DNA from: Cenococcum geophilum
Lineage: Eukaryota
NCBI GenBank assembly: GCA_050273025.1
Contig: CP158636.1
Coordinates: 10,602,001 to 10,666,000 of the forward strand
Reading direction: 5' to 3'
DNA: 64,000 nt
The notes below the pieces were generated by a model, which was not told the DNA's origin, did not search any database, and worked only from the letters and a program-made list of their open reading frames with translations. Positions 39,877 through 52,051 of the stretch are shown piece after piece. Made by a program: the position numbers and the translations under genes. Within the stretch, counting starts at the first letter, position 1, and each line of letters opens with the position of its first letter.

Positions 39877-42066
39877 TCAAGAGGTCCCTAACACGGATTT
39901 AAAGGCTGCCGCCAATCCACGCCAATCCAGTTCCTTCGCTGTCTTGATCTGATATTCTACTTGTATTGCCAATTTCAAGTTATGAATGTCACAATGGGGC
40001 TTTAAATCCGGGATAGGTATATTGGGGGTGATACAGTGCATATAAGCCAAAAGGGCTTGCTTAAGGGAACCAAGCGATTCCTGGGCTATTTTTCCAGTAG
40101 GTTGCGTCGTGGAGCATACTCCCATGAACGCCAAGTAAAGTATGTCCACCAGATTTGCGCGTTCTTCCCTTGTCATTTTCTGTAGGCTCTTTGGTCTGAG
40201 ATATCGATCAAGTCGGTTGAAAAGTTGAGAGGTTGCGAGTGTCCCCTGGAGTTGAGGCGAATCAGTTGGCGGCGTCCCAAAAACAAGGATAGTTCTCCAT
40301 AGAGAATTATTGGAGCAATACAGTGACATAATGAGAGCAACGACAGAAGTTCGAGTTGGGCTCAAATTAGCAAATTGTGACAGTAGACCGCTCGCTACGA
40401 ATATCAGAAAATTGGAAGTTTTGTTTAGCAGCTTTGAGGAAACATCTTCGGGGATTAGTGATGTGCTTCTTCAAAGAAGGGTGTGGATTACCGTATGCAA
40501 ACAAATTTCTATCTGATAGCGATGGCCTAACACACAGATTCCATTCCAGAGATGGAGAAGTACATCGCCTTGCTAAAAAATCAAGGCAATTTTTGCACGG
40601 ATCTGTGCCCGAACACTGATAAGATCAAAGTCAGCTAACTGAATACTATTGTATGATTCAAATCTACTAACAGCTTTGCGAAGCATACTACATCTTATAC
40701 AAGCACCTTTCTTTTTTACTATCCTTAAATTCTTTAGTTGCTCCGTTGTCTTGGGTTTGCGCGTATTCCTGGCTAAGGATCGTTGAGGTTGGACACGAAA
40801 GCAGGAATACCCTGGTGTCGTAAGTTTAGATAAGTGTCTTTTGTGGCGATTAGATACTGTTAGTTCCGCTGGAGGGTTGGTCGAAAGGGTTAAATTTGCA
40901 CGAGTATGCATGTCTATACCACGCACCGCCACGTGGTTGTGGATTTCTGAGCTGCTGTTCTCATCCGCGGAATTGATTGAGGTAGCAGGAATCGTCGTAT
41001 CTAGGAACCCAGTCAAGTCTTCAACTGTCGGCAGGTTGTTTGGAGTAAATGTACCGTCGAGGCTGATATCAGGATTGCCGTTAAGGTCACTACCATATGA
41101 AAAGGGTGGTGTGTCAGTAGTGACAGGCATCTCTGCTGCTTGAGGGTCCAGACAACTGGTCGAGTAGATATTATCTGCTTCCACAGGCGCTGCCAGCAGA
41201 CTTGGTAGTATGGTGTCAGTTGAATTGTTCCATTCGAAGGTAGAAGCTCCAACTGCGCTGAAATCCGCAAATACGGCAGTGCCAAAATCATGCATCGTTT
41301 TGCGACGTTTGTAGCTCTGTTGAACCACCTCTTGATTAAAGTTTTGGAGGAGGTCCCCGCTGTGAGGGGAGGCTTGGATGGATGGGCCTTGAGAGACCAC
41401 AGGTAATGAAGAATCTGCTCCAGGCCTTCCATTGCATTCCTCTGTCCGCGCGTTTCTAGGTACCGTCGAAATGTCGTGTCGGTAAGTGTTCCAATCGAAG
41501 AAGTAGTCTTCTACCTCGCCGAAGTTCGAACCCGCAAAGTTCCCTCTGGGCGATGTTGGATTATCTGCTCCAGAGGAATATGTAATGGGTCCCAAATCCT
41601 CCGCCAAGCCCACATTGGCTATTGCTGCCGTTCTTTTCGGCTCCCGTAACTTATTCAACTCCCGAAGAATCTCTTTTTCACGTAATTTGAGCCTGGTTTC
41701 GTCTAGTTCAAGTTCAAGGTCCTTCTGGTCAAAGTCATCCAACTTTGCTCCAGAGGACCCTAAATCTTCTACCGAGTCCATATTAGCAATGGCCGCTATT
41801 CTTTTCGACTTTTGTGACTTATTTAACTTCCGGAGGATCTCCTTTTCGCGCAATTTGAGCATAATTTCATCTAGTTGGAGCTCAAGATCCCCCTCCTTGG
41901 AGCCATGCAACTGTTCATTGGGGGCTGGGTTTTGGAGTGGTGGTTGTTGGTGTGCGCTGTTGAATTGGAGATGGGCTTCGAAGCCTGGAGGCATAGGGTC
42001 ACGTGGATGCGGCGTTGTTGTGATTGTGGAGGAGTGGCTGAGTTGGAGCGGGGTGTTTGGATTCAT
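39877..42066 (-). CDS. Zn(II)2Cys6-like putative transcription factor (3 exons)
   Basis: Splicing gives KKKGACIRCSMLRKA|CSGTDPCKNC..LCVR; a second intron links to the 39877-40365 ORF. N-terminal duplicated helical unit. Confidence 0.75.
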
Positions 42067-42409
42067 TTTGCCTAATAGATGCTATGAAATGCGAATGCTG
42101 CTGAGGGCGAACTTTAAAGTATTTATGTGCCCAAGGAGGGGTCTAGACATTGTTCCTATGTGGCTGTGACTGGTGTTTCAAGTTGGCCGACCGCCCAGAA
42201 TAGTATAGCGCAAGTCAGGGGTTCGATGGCCGGCTGACCAAATTTGGGTGTTCGGCCGCATCGCCACCATCGTGCCCAGGCTACCGAAAGGGCATGGCCG
42301 GCCAGAGGCACTACCAAATAGATGAAGCTATTAAAGATATATAAATCAAGAAGATTTAGGATGCCAGAGCTCAGGGTAGATATTACGGTGACTCCCAACT
42401 TCAGACACC

Positions 42410-42545
42410 ATGCCGCCCGCCCAGCCAAATCCAAGTCTTTCAAACAACATTCCGTGGACGAATGAAGCAATCATTGCACTGGTCGCACTTCTCATGATGT
42501 TCGCGGTACCAGTCATTGGATGGTGGCTCAAACGGAGGCAGCGTG
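42410..42545 (+). CDS. First exon of a possible small single-pass membrane protein
   Basis: WTNEAIIALVALLMMFAVPVIGWWLKRRQR (TM plus basic stop-transfer) followed by a GTAAGG donor; downstream exons are uncertain. Confidence 0.4.
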
Positions 42546-42967
42546 GTAAGGCGATTCGATCTCAAAATTGGATTGAGTTATTGCAAGTTCTGGACTGCTA
42601 AGAATATACCATCTAGGTGGTGCCATCTCCATTTTTGGTTGGTTGATGAAAAGACGACAGAGAAAGGACTCCCGGCTGCCAGTTTTGTCTGGTCATCTCT
42701 AATTCTTGACACAGATCCAATCGAAGCGTACGAGCTCGAGGCCCCTATCACGAAGAATTCTGCATAGCCGAAACACTCTGAGAAGGAAGCGCTTGCGGGA
42801 ATGGTCGTTGAAAGACATGCTTGAATGGGAAGGCTGGCGGTTACGCATGTTAATATCTCATAATCGTCATCCATTTTCACTCAATACTATTTCAAATCTT
42901 GGTGTCTGGAGATGATATCTTCACAGATTTTAACCCTTCCTAGTAGCCATGTAGCTTATAAGTGTTA

Positions 42968-43304
42968 TCCCTTAGCACGGTGAAATTCGTCCACATATTA
43001 TCGATAAGGATTAGCCAATAGGATCAATAGGATCAAAGGTGCGTGCTCAGAAATATGAGGTCGGTGATATCCTCAATTTGCAGAGGTTCGAAAGCGGGCA
43101 GCGGCTAGAGCTCCGGCGAACGTTCTTTAGCCTTCCAAGTCGGTGGAATAGGATATTGAGCCAGTAGAACAAAGTCTATATCATTAGAAGTACGATTGGT
43201 AGGCATGGTTGATGATAATATATTGATTGAATCTATATAAGTGATACTTTGATTCTGGTGTTCGCACGGACCACCTACCTTGTGGATGTCACAGGGCTAA
43301 GGGA
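42968..43304 (+). mobile_element. TCCCTTA-TIR MITE family copy
   Basis: TA|TCCCTTAGCACGGTGA ... TCACAGGGCTAAGGGA|TA; internal blocks shared with other copies. Confidence 0.8.
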
Positions 43305-43344
43305 TAGTTAAAAGTTTCTCGATATATTAAGCAATCCGTATGTC

Positions 43345-43453
43345 TGCTGTGGTAATGTACAATAAGTTTGACCTGAAGGCCCCAATAATCCATGATGGGC
43401 ATATTTAGCCCTATATCTTCGTTCGAGGAGACAAGTGATGAAATTCTGATGAC
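43345..43453. repeat. 109-bp dispersed direct repeat, copy 2
   Basis: Aligns to 13652-13760. Confidence 0.85.
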
Positions 43454-43629
43454 GGGTCTTCGCGGATAGTGATAGAGCTGCGGAGCTTCGAGAAAGTTCC
43501 GAGGTTTTGGCGAACGGCAAACTACCATGAGAACGTCATTAATCCTTTCACATCTTTCCTCTCCACCCTCAAACTCACCACCTTCAACCTCCTCCATCCT
43601 ATTCATCAGAGACCACATCATCCTCGATC

Positions 43630-44744
43630 ATGGCCTTCTTCCTTCGGCGGCCGTTTACCATCACAGTGGCCCTGAAGCAAGTCCCCAAAGCTTCATCCAC
43701 AACCCTCCGAGCGTTCCACACCACGCCACTCAAGCGATCCCCGAACTTCTTCACCTCGAAGCCCGTCGCGCCATCCCTCTCGAAATCGCATAATGTCTTC
43801 CGTGTAACTTTCCGCCGCAACTACATGGAACCCGCTTCTCCTGTTGCCGACTCGCAAACCCTCCGCCAGCGTTTATTATATGGAGCTGGTATCTTCGGTG
43901 CCACCCTCGTTGGCATCAACCTCATCTTCAACCGCGAGACAAGGACGGATGGCGGTATGCCGCCGTATGAGAGAAGCTATCTGAATGAGACCTTCCTCCA
44001 CACAGGTTTGGGAATTGGGATTATTGGTGTTGCGGCGCGCGCTCTTCACATGAATGGATGGAGCTACCGACTTATGGCTGCGAATCCGTGGATGGTATTA
44101 GGAGTCGGTTTAGTTGGCAGCATCGGTACCATGTATGGAGCCATGGCTACGGATCCTGAGAAGTAAGTATTGCCTGGTCCATCTCTGTTCGTCTTCATAC
44201 GGATTTGGATACATCAACATGACTACAAACTTGTCAGTAATATAGCTAACAACCATCCAGTTATGTTCAGAAATATGCTTTGTGGGGCGCATTCAACATC
44301 ACACAAGCAATGCTTCTTTCACCTCTCATGTTCCTTCAGCCCGCCCTCCTCGCCCGCGCTGGTCTCTACACAGCTGGCATGATGGGTAGCATAGCCTTCG
44401 TTGGCGCTACTGCCAAGCAAGAAAAATACCTCTATCTCGGCGGGCCTCTCCTCGCCGGGGTCGCCATCGTCGCCCTCTCTGGTTTCGCTCCGCTTGTCGT
44501 TCCTGCTACGGCAGCCCGCACACTAATGTGGACGGAGAACATATGGTTGTACGGCGGCTTGGCGGTCTTCGGAGGCTTCACTTTGTACGATGTCCAGAAA
44601 ATCCTCCATCATGCGCGACTAGCGGAACGGGGGTTGATTAAGAAGGATCCAGTCAATGAATCCATAAGTTTGGAGCTGGACTTTATTAACATTTTCATCC
44701 GGATGGTACAAATCCTTGGAATGAGCCAAAGCCGGAGAAAGTAA
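43630..44744 (+). CDS. Bax inhibitor-1 family mitochondrial protein (GHITM/MICS1-like)
   Basis: Basic presequence; ERSYLNETFLHTGLG, AGLYTAGMMGSIAFVGATA, LYGGLAVFGGFTLYDVQK, DPVNESISLELDFINIFIR. Intron 44163-44260. Confidence 0.93.
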
Positions 44745-45484
44745 ATTCAGAAAATTGTACAGTTTACAGCACAAGCAGCATGGTGGTTAAATGAAATATT
44801 GGAAGGCGTTCGGAGTGGCATCATCTGTAACTTTATTTTTGTTGCGACTTTGAAATTCTTTTTTCTCTCCTCTCATTAGCATTATACCACTAATTGAAAA
44901 GGAGTTACATCATATTTTGAACTAACTTTGCACTTATCTCGGGACAGCATTTCGTTGCTGAGAGCTCTCACCGCCGATATCAGTGGATTTAAACCATACT
45001 TTGCGGCTGAGCCCAGTTGACATACATCTCAGAACTTCGAGTATAACATACAAGGGATTCACAACAATAGATGTTGGGGCCAGAAGAGCGAGACTGAAAC
45101 CAAGAAATGCATGTGTGGCTTGTTAGCGCTTAGGCAGGATTGGATGGAGGCTGAAGATCCTTCCAGTTTCAACTGTCGAAAATGTTGACAGGTTGTTCAT
45201 GATCTCTCCTTCCACTAAACAATGTACTTTTCGGGACGTGTAGGCGATTGAGCCAGGCCAGCCGACGTCCGTGCCATGATGCTACCGTCCCATTCAGGTC
45301 CACAGCACGTTCCATTAAAATCTTACTCAAAAGCTAAGCTTCCAAGACCCACATTACCAGCTAGCAGCCATAAGAAGGCAGGAGGCCTACCTCTATCGTC
45401 ATCACCCAATTCGATTCACTCCACCAAGCCCCGCCTTATCCATACTACGCCATAACCCCGCCCGTATCCTCACTAACCGCAACA

Positions 45485-46476
45485 ACGTTCTCACTAAGAC
45501 CCTCCCAGACGCCATCATCCCCCCTAGCTCCTAATCCTCGCCACAGCCGCCAACAGCCTCACCGCCTCCTACATCGCCAACACCCTCGTCGCGCACCACT
45601 ACCGCGTCCGCGGCACCGTCCGCTCCCTCACCCGCGCACAATGGATGCTCCCGCTCTTCTCGCAAGAGCACGGCCCCGACGCCCTCGAGCTCGTCGAAGT
45701 CCCCTCCACCACCGCCCCGGACTGCTACGACGCCACTATCCACGGCGCCGCCCTCATCCACACAGTATGCACGACGGACTGCTCCGGTTCCCCGCCGCTT
45801 AACCGAGTCAACGACCGCAACTCTGCGCGGGCTCGAGGCCGCGAAGGCCGAGAACGCGCGCGGGGGGGCAACGTGCGCCGCGTCGTGCTGACAACCTCCA
45901 GCCGGGCCGTGTATACGCCGACGCCCGGAAAGCGACGAAAGTCGGCGTGGAGACGTGGAACTCAGGCGGTGGCCGCGATGCGCGATCCGGCGACGCTGGC
46001 GGAGCAGGCGGGGGTGGGGTGTGGATGCGGGAGCGCGGGGCGGAGGCGGGGTTCGCGCTCAACGCCATCTTGTCGGCGACGTGCATGGGCCCCGTGCTGG
46101 CGCCGCAGGCGCAGCCGTATCCGAGCACGGCGGGGTTCGTGCGCCAGCTGTTTGAGGGGACGGACCTCGCGGTGTTTCAGTGGTTGCAGCCGCAGCGGTC
46201 CGTTGATGCGCACGATGCCGCCGCGCTGCATGTGGCGGCGCTTGTGCTGGAGGGCCTGGAGGGCGAGCGGGTTTTTGGGTGGGCCGAGCCGTATACGTGG
46301 AAGGGGGTTGTTAAGGTTATGGAGAAGCTGTATCCTGGGCGCGATTGCGCAGCTGGAGGATAAGGGGAAGGATTTGAGCGAGCCACCGAGGGAGGGTGAG
46401 GAGGTTAGAGGGCCGCGGGTGGATTGAGTTTGAGGGGTCGGTGCGGGCGAGTGTGAAGAGCTTTTATCCTAAGTGA
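45485..46476 (+). pseudogene. Aldehyde reductase II / NAD-dependent epimerase-dehydratase pseudogene
   Basis: Eroded Rossmann motif (TAANSLTASYIA..YRVRGTVRS), VRRVVLTTSS, ETWN, VDAHDAAALHVAAL lie in different frames; the catalytic YxxxK segment appears deleted. Confidence 0.8.
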
Positions 46477-48069
46477 GGTCGTGATGGGATGGCTGCTCGG
46501 GCTGTTCTCTTTGTATGGATATCTTCTGCTTTTATCTCTGGATTTCTAGTCTGTTGGGAAACTGTCTTGAAGAGGCAGTTTCTGACCCACGATTGAGATC
46601 TCATTAGAATTTAAGCGAAGCGCTTTTTGTTCTGGATAGAAACGGAGGATATCTACCATCTTGTGGAGTCAGATGCTATCCAGAAATTTTCACTCCACGT
46701 TCACTGCATTAATGGTTGTGTTTATGAAGTGGTATATTACAGTGTCCTTAAGATACCGGGTTTGTGCCTAGCACTACGACTATACTTTCGTGATATAGAC
46801 TACGTCCCTCGGAGTGGGCAAAGCAAACATTAGATGCGAATGTCAGAAAATCGACTAACCACAGTAAACTGCCCGGCAAAAGGGGTCATGTAGAGAATCA
46901 CGATACCCTCCTATATATGATCGATTAAACTAGTTGGGAGTCAGTCCATTTCTCCTCAAATAAGCGGCCGAGAGATTCAGCGAGGACTTCAATAATTCAA
47001 TGAATGCCTTGACTATTTATCTTTCTTTTGTCTTGATATTGGCCCGCCGGATGGGGCCGTTTTCGCAAACCCCGGTTCTCAAGACGGCCCAGGAACGCCC
47101 GGCCCGCTTGCCAAAAGCTTAAGCTTCACAGCGTCCATGGGGCTGATTCTTCCCGCAATATAAATGTGGGATGCCTTCGGGGTTATCTGGACAGGGGTTG
47201 CCCCATGCTTTCGTCAAGGGAACCTTCTCCCGTGGATGTAAGCATTATCATTGCCCGTTCATGCGTCTTCTCTAATCGATTTCCTCAATCTTCAGTGATT
47301 CTTCGCACGTACGACACCTCCTCTGGTCTCTATATTTCCTGATTTCATTTGTATCTTAAGCATAGGGTACGCCTCTTGAACAGACACGAGATATGCGCGT
47401 GCAGGGTTTGGAATCCTCCTCCGTGTCCGGCCTCGTACTTGGCCTTGCATACTTCTCCTCCGTTCTTGCAGATGCGAACGCTTAAATTGAGTTCTAAAAG
47501 AGTCCTAACGCACCGTATCCTAGTAGCTCCAGTACACTCCGCGTAGAAGCAAGAGCAGGTTATAAGGATAAGGTTCAGAATTCTTTAAAGTCCCGAACCC
47601 AGACTTGAGTGAATGAAAGGAGGGCTAAACTAATAGACTCGTCTGATGCTAAAAACTCCGTTAATCTATCTTGAACGCCCTTGAGGTCTGGTGTGCGAAT
47701 CCAGGAAACGCAAAGCTGCGAGGGTGTTAGCCGGCTTGATCCCTTGCTAGACTTCCTTGTCGGATTCACTTATGCATGGAGAAAAAATTTTCAGACCTTA
47801 ACCAAGGTAGGAACTGTTACAAGGAATGCTTACAGAGTTAGTGAGGCTATGCTCTAAGAGTTGCTGGCAGGAAAGACGCTGAAGAAGATATTAAAGTAGA
47901 TCCGGAGTCTAAGTTGGCCAATGGCGGAGATGGAACGCGACAGAGAGACCTTTATATCTCCTCCTTTCACTCCTGCTCGCGATTTGTCCTCAAAGAGGGT
48001 CGGAGGACTCTTCGCCATGATGATAGCCAGATGGAGCATCGAGCCCAAGACAACCCTCCCTCAACCGAA

Positions 48070-48407
48070 ATGCACATCTCCCTCCCTGTTCCCCTCGCCC
48101 TTCTTGCGAGCCTCGCCGCCGCAACCCCCATGTTGGCCGAAAAAGCAGCAGAGGCCCGCTCAGCGGTCATGGGCCGCAACCTAACCCGTATCGCACGGTC
48201 CGGCGAAATAAATGCCAAGGTCTACTACTACCAGTGCGAACTAGAAACTGTGAGTCCTTCTCCCAACAATCCCCGGTGCGCATTGCTCTCTTGGTAGTTT
48301 GAGAGACAGCATTAGTGGGCGTTGGCAAGGTGGGATGAATGTAGACTTGCTTGTATGAGTGCCCGGACAACTGCCTTTGTGGTTATGGAGGCGTTTGCAA
48401 CTGTTGA
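48070..48407 (+). CDS. Small secreted Cys-rich peptide, 80 aa (exons 48070-48249, 48345-48407)
   Basis: Signal peptide MHISLPVPLALLASLAAA, pro-region, phase-0 GTGAGT..TAG intron, C-terminus YYYQCELETTCLYECPDNCLCGYGGVCNC*. Branch site is weak. Confidence 0.65.
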
Positions 48408-49120
48408 TCCCCACAAGGGGCGAGAGAGCGGCCAGGGGTGAAGGGTTTGCGGTCCTTTACAGGCGGGGTGAATGGGCTAAATAGTTTTGAAATGACTGCG
48501 ATTTGATGGAGCCAGTCGATGTGTTCCGTGTTATTACTGGCCTAGTCTTCTAGCTAGAAGAGTGATAGAGGGTCTTGGAATATAAGGACTACAAGTTGTA
48601 TGCAGCGATAACTATCATTTGGCTTCTTGGCATGGGAATGTGATGGATATTGCATCTGTTCATTGCTATGCAATGCATGCTATCACTCTTAAAGAGTGCA
48701 TACCGCTACGGAGAAATGATAGGATCGTTGCTTGCTTGATAATATATTAATTTGGTACACTCTAACGGTGTTATCATATCCCTAGAGTATCAATCACAAG
48801 CAAGACACGCACGACATATAGTAAATAGCTTTGTGCAAGCAGGATAGCATACAAGAAATTGGTTCTGTGTGTACGTTACCATCATCATCATTAATGTCTA
48901 ATAAAAATCTGCCTCGTCCACATATCCGAGAATTCCATAATACCAAACGCCCCTACCTAGGGTATCCCGCCACGCCATGCGAGCATCAGATTTCTTTCAA
49001 AACAATACACCAAAAGCCATGTGACTGAGAAAAATCAGCTGAAGCCACTCCACGCCCCCAGTCACAGAGATAAAACAATGAAGACCACCAACTTTCGCAA
49101 CAATGCCGACTCTCCTAGCA

Positions 49121-52051
49121 TCACATCACCACACATCTAAAAAACCGGGGGCTGGGACTCCCTTCAGTGCTTGCGCTTGTGAATTCTCTTTGTAATCTGC
49201 TCTGCGCTCTGCTTTGCGCTCTACCTTCTGCTCTACTTTCTGCCCTGCTCTGTGTACGGCTGTGCGTACGCGGAGGTGCAGATAGGACTTCACGATCGGC
49301 ATTTGACGGAATACTGTTGATCGTCGTTAACCTTGGTAGCAGCGGCCGTCTCATCGCACTCCGGCTTGCCACCCTCTCGTTCCCCTGATGCGCTGTTGAG
49401 GGCCTTGTGGTAATCGAACCCGCTGACGAAACGCGACGGTTCGCACCCAGTGCTGCCCGCGGAACCCCATTCCCTCGTCGACTCGCGTGTCGCTCGAGCG
49501 TAGCAAGTTGCTGTGGTGATGGTAGCATGGGATTCGGAGAAATTGTTCCACTACCTCGAGAATTGCGATTGGATAACGTGATTGAGTGTGTTGCTTGGTA
49601 TGCAGTTCGTTGAGAGGGTCGACGAGTAACGGTACCAGATCCATGATGGAGTTGCTGAGGGTGTTGCAGCTGTTGCGAAATACTTTGTTGCGGGCGATGT
49701 GGCACTAGTACACGTGGTACTGGTGACTGAGGTCCAGGATATGTGTTTGCATGCAATAATGCTGGTGGAGGGAGAAGAGTTGTCATGGTTGAAGGAGGCA
49801 AAGAGCCTCTCTCCACGGGATCTTGGCTGGTCAATACAGGCTGCAATGGAGTCACGGTAGTGTGAGCCGGTAATGGGGGGACAGCAGGTATCACCGGTAC
49901 AGGCGGCAAGGTAGCCACTGCTGGTACAGGCGGCACAGGAGGCACTGAAGGTACCGGCGGTACAGGTGGCACGGGCAAAGACTGAGGATGAGACCCTGGA
50001 AAGGTCAAGCTGATATTAAGAGCTCCAGGCCCTGGTGGGTCTGCATTGGGTGTATACGGTGGCGGTGGGGGGACCCAATTGTCTGCATCACTCTCATGCG
50101 GAAATTCCCTCAAGCCGTCCGCACGCCGATACTCCAATGGCCGGAAGGGAAGAGCTCGCAGATGCCTACGATTTGCAGGAGCAACCGCCGCCACGGTTGC
50201 TGCGCGTTGAAGAGACATCTGGGAACGTGGCTGCGAGTGATCGTATGGTGCTTCAAAGGCAGCCTGAGCCTCTTCTCCTTCAAGCGTTTCTTCATCCCTA
50301 ACTATTTCGGGAATGTTAGGACGGACGCGTTCGGCAATGCCTTCGCGGCTGCTTGTTGTTTGAGACCTGTCCAGGTTTCGAGAGTTTCGACTGCGTGCGG
50401 CTGCTCTGCGTTGCACTACTGTTCTGGTTCTGACAAGCTCCACCTCTCTTTCGAATTCGATATCCTCTTCTGGAAGCCTTTCTCCAGGTAAAAGGTTGTC
50501 AAGATCGTATGTCATTCGCACTGGAACAGGTGTCTTAACCTTTCCACTCTTGGAACGGTCAAAGTCCATCACCACCACAACGCCTGCCGAACCTTGAGGC
50601 ATAGAATGCATCGGTCCGTCCGAAGTACTATTGAATATCAGATTCCCGACAGCCACGAGACGGTCAATGTTAGGTTCATCTGGAATAGTCAGCCAGCGGA
50701 GAACTGCAATCTCCTGGTGCGCAGAGCTCTCATCTTGTAGGACAGGAATGCAAGAACATGGGGACAATGGAGAGTGTTCGTCGCTATGATCCGAACTCTG
50801 CTCATAAGCCCAATGGCCCCCTTTGTAGCTGTCGGGCAACCGGTAAAGCCGCAAGCTGGTAGCGTTCTGCTGCCGAAGAGCTAAAGCCACGTGATCCGCC
50901 TTTGGAGATACAGCGGGTAAAGCGTCATCGAGGAACTCTGCACGGGTCCAATTTTGTTGATCCGGTAGAAACTCTTTCTTCTCTGTAAATTCCAGTCCAG
51001 CGAGATCATAGATTCCCCAGGAATCTTCGTCGGCATCAAAAGCAAATAGTTCATTCACTTGGCCAGTGTTGGAATCTGGGAGAAGCGCTGCCTGTCTTGC
51101 AATCATTGCTTTTTCTGGAAACAAAATCTGGCTAGTCCATGCCTTATCTACATCTTGCTGAATCGGAACACCTTCCTCTGTAAATGGACCATCGTAGGGG
51201 CCATGGACCGTGAAAACTGTGGAACATCCAGTGCGCCGGGCATAAGTAGTGGCGAGCAATGTCCGCCCATCGTCTGAAAATTGCAGAGCGTCCATATCCT
51301 GGCACGTCACAGACCGCCGATCGGACTCGCTTGCTGTGGGTGCCAGAGATATTACCTCAATTCCATATTGATGCCCCGTAGCCAACACCAATCCGTCCGG
51401 GGAGAGTGCAATGGCTTTCGAGTCATTTTCTAGGAGTATTGTACGTTTCTTTTCAATCATCCGTTCGCCCTCGCCTAGCAATTGATATATATCTACCTTG
51501 GTAGGTGTAGAGAGAACCACAAGCAAGGTACCATCGTCAAGTATGTCTAGTGCCACTGGCTTCCTCCGAATGTCCAATATTCTTGTGAATAACCTTGGCA
51601 AGTTCGAGGCGTTTATGAGCCAAATATTTGATGCACTGTAGACGGCGATGAGGGAACCTTTTCGGGAGATTGAAAAGCCAAAGGGGACTGGTAGGGCAGA
51701 GGAGGAGGCGGTGTTTGATACGAGGTCGAGAATCGTTGTTTTGGGAACATGGTGTTCGTGCAGTGGGTCTTTGTGCGGTTCACGGTCCGTCATCGTTGAT
51801 GTGCGAGCTGTAGAGTTAGCGGAAACTTCAGAGGAGGATAATGAGGTGTTGTTTGTCGTCGTTGAAGCTGAAGTGGTTTCTGGCTCGTCGGTCGAAAGCG
51901 CGACCGAGTTCGGCGACGAGGTGTTCTCGCGATCTTTCGCCTGCTGCTCCTGCTCGCGGAGATGCTCAAGACCGTACTCATTTTCCCGCGCAATATCCGT
52001 TCTAATAACAAGGTTGGCGTTGGCGTCGTCGACGGAGCGTTTCTTGTCCAT
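49121..52051 (-). CDS. Fungal WD40-like beta-propeller protein with Pro-rich tail and C-terminal CAAX motif
   Basis: 976-aa intronless ORF; blade-like motifs (IALSPDGLVLA, LQFSDDGRTLL), WVPPPPPY, PVP repeats, ends CVVM. Confidence 0.8.
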   Translation of the reverse strand: MDKKRSVDDANANLVIRTDIARENEYGLEHLREQEQQAKDRENTSSPNSVALSTDEPETTSASTTTNNTSLSSSEVSANSTARTSTMTDREPHKDPLHEHHVPKTTILDLVSNTASSSALPVPFGFSISRKGSLIAVYSASNIWLINASNLPRLFTRILDIRRKPVALDILDDGTLLVVLSTPTKVDIYQLLGEGERMIEKKRTILLENDSKAIALSPDGLVLATGHQYGIEVISLAPTASESDRRSVTCQDMDALQFSDDGRTLLATTYARRTGCSTVFTVHGPYDGPFTEEGVPIQQDVDKAWTSQILFPEKAMIARQAALLPDSNTGQVNELFAFDADEDSWGIYDLAGLEFTEKKEFLPDQQNWTRAEFLDDALPAVSPKADHVALALRQQNATSLRLYRLPDSYKGGHWAYEQSSDHSDEHSPLSPCSCIPVLQDESSAHQEIAVLRWLTIPDEPNIDRLVAVGNLIFNSTSDGPMHSMPQGSAGVVVVMDFDRSKSGKVKTPVPVRMTYDLDNLLPGERLPEEDIEFEREVELVRTRTVVQRRAAARSRNSRNLDRSQTTSSREGIAERVRPNIPEIVRDEETLEGEEAQAAFEAPYDHSQPRSQMSLQRAATVAAVAPANRRHLRALPFRPLEYRRADGLREFPHESDADNWVPPPPPYTPNADPPGPGALNISLTFPGSHPQSLPVPPVPPVPSVPPVPPVPAVATLPPVPVIPAVPPLPAHTTVTPLQPVLTSQDPVERGSLPPSTMTTLLPPPALLHANTYPGPQSPVPRVLVPHRPQQSISQQLQHPQQLHHGSGTVTRRPSQRTAYQATHSITLSNRNSRGSGTISPNPMLPSPQQLATLERHASRRGNGVPRAALGANRRVSSAGSITTRPSTAHQGNERVASRSAMRRPLLPRLTTINSIPSNADREVLSAPPRTHSRTQSRAESRAEGRAQSRAQSRLQREFTSASTEGSPSPRFFRCVVM

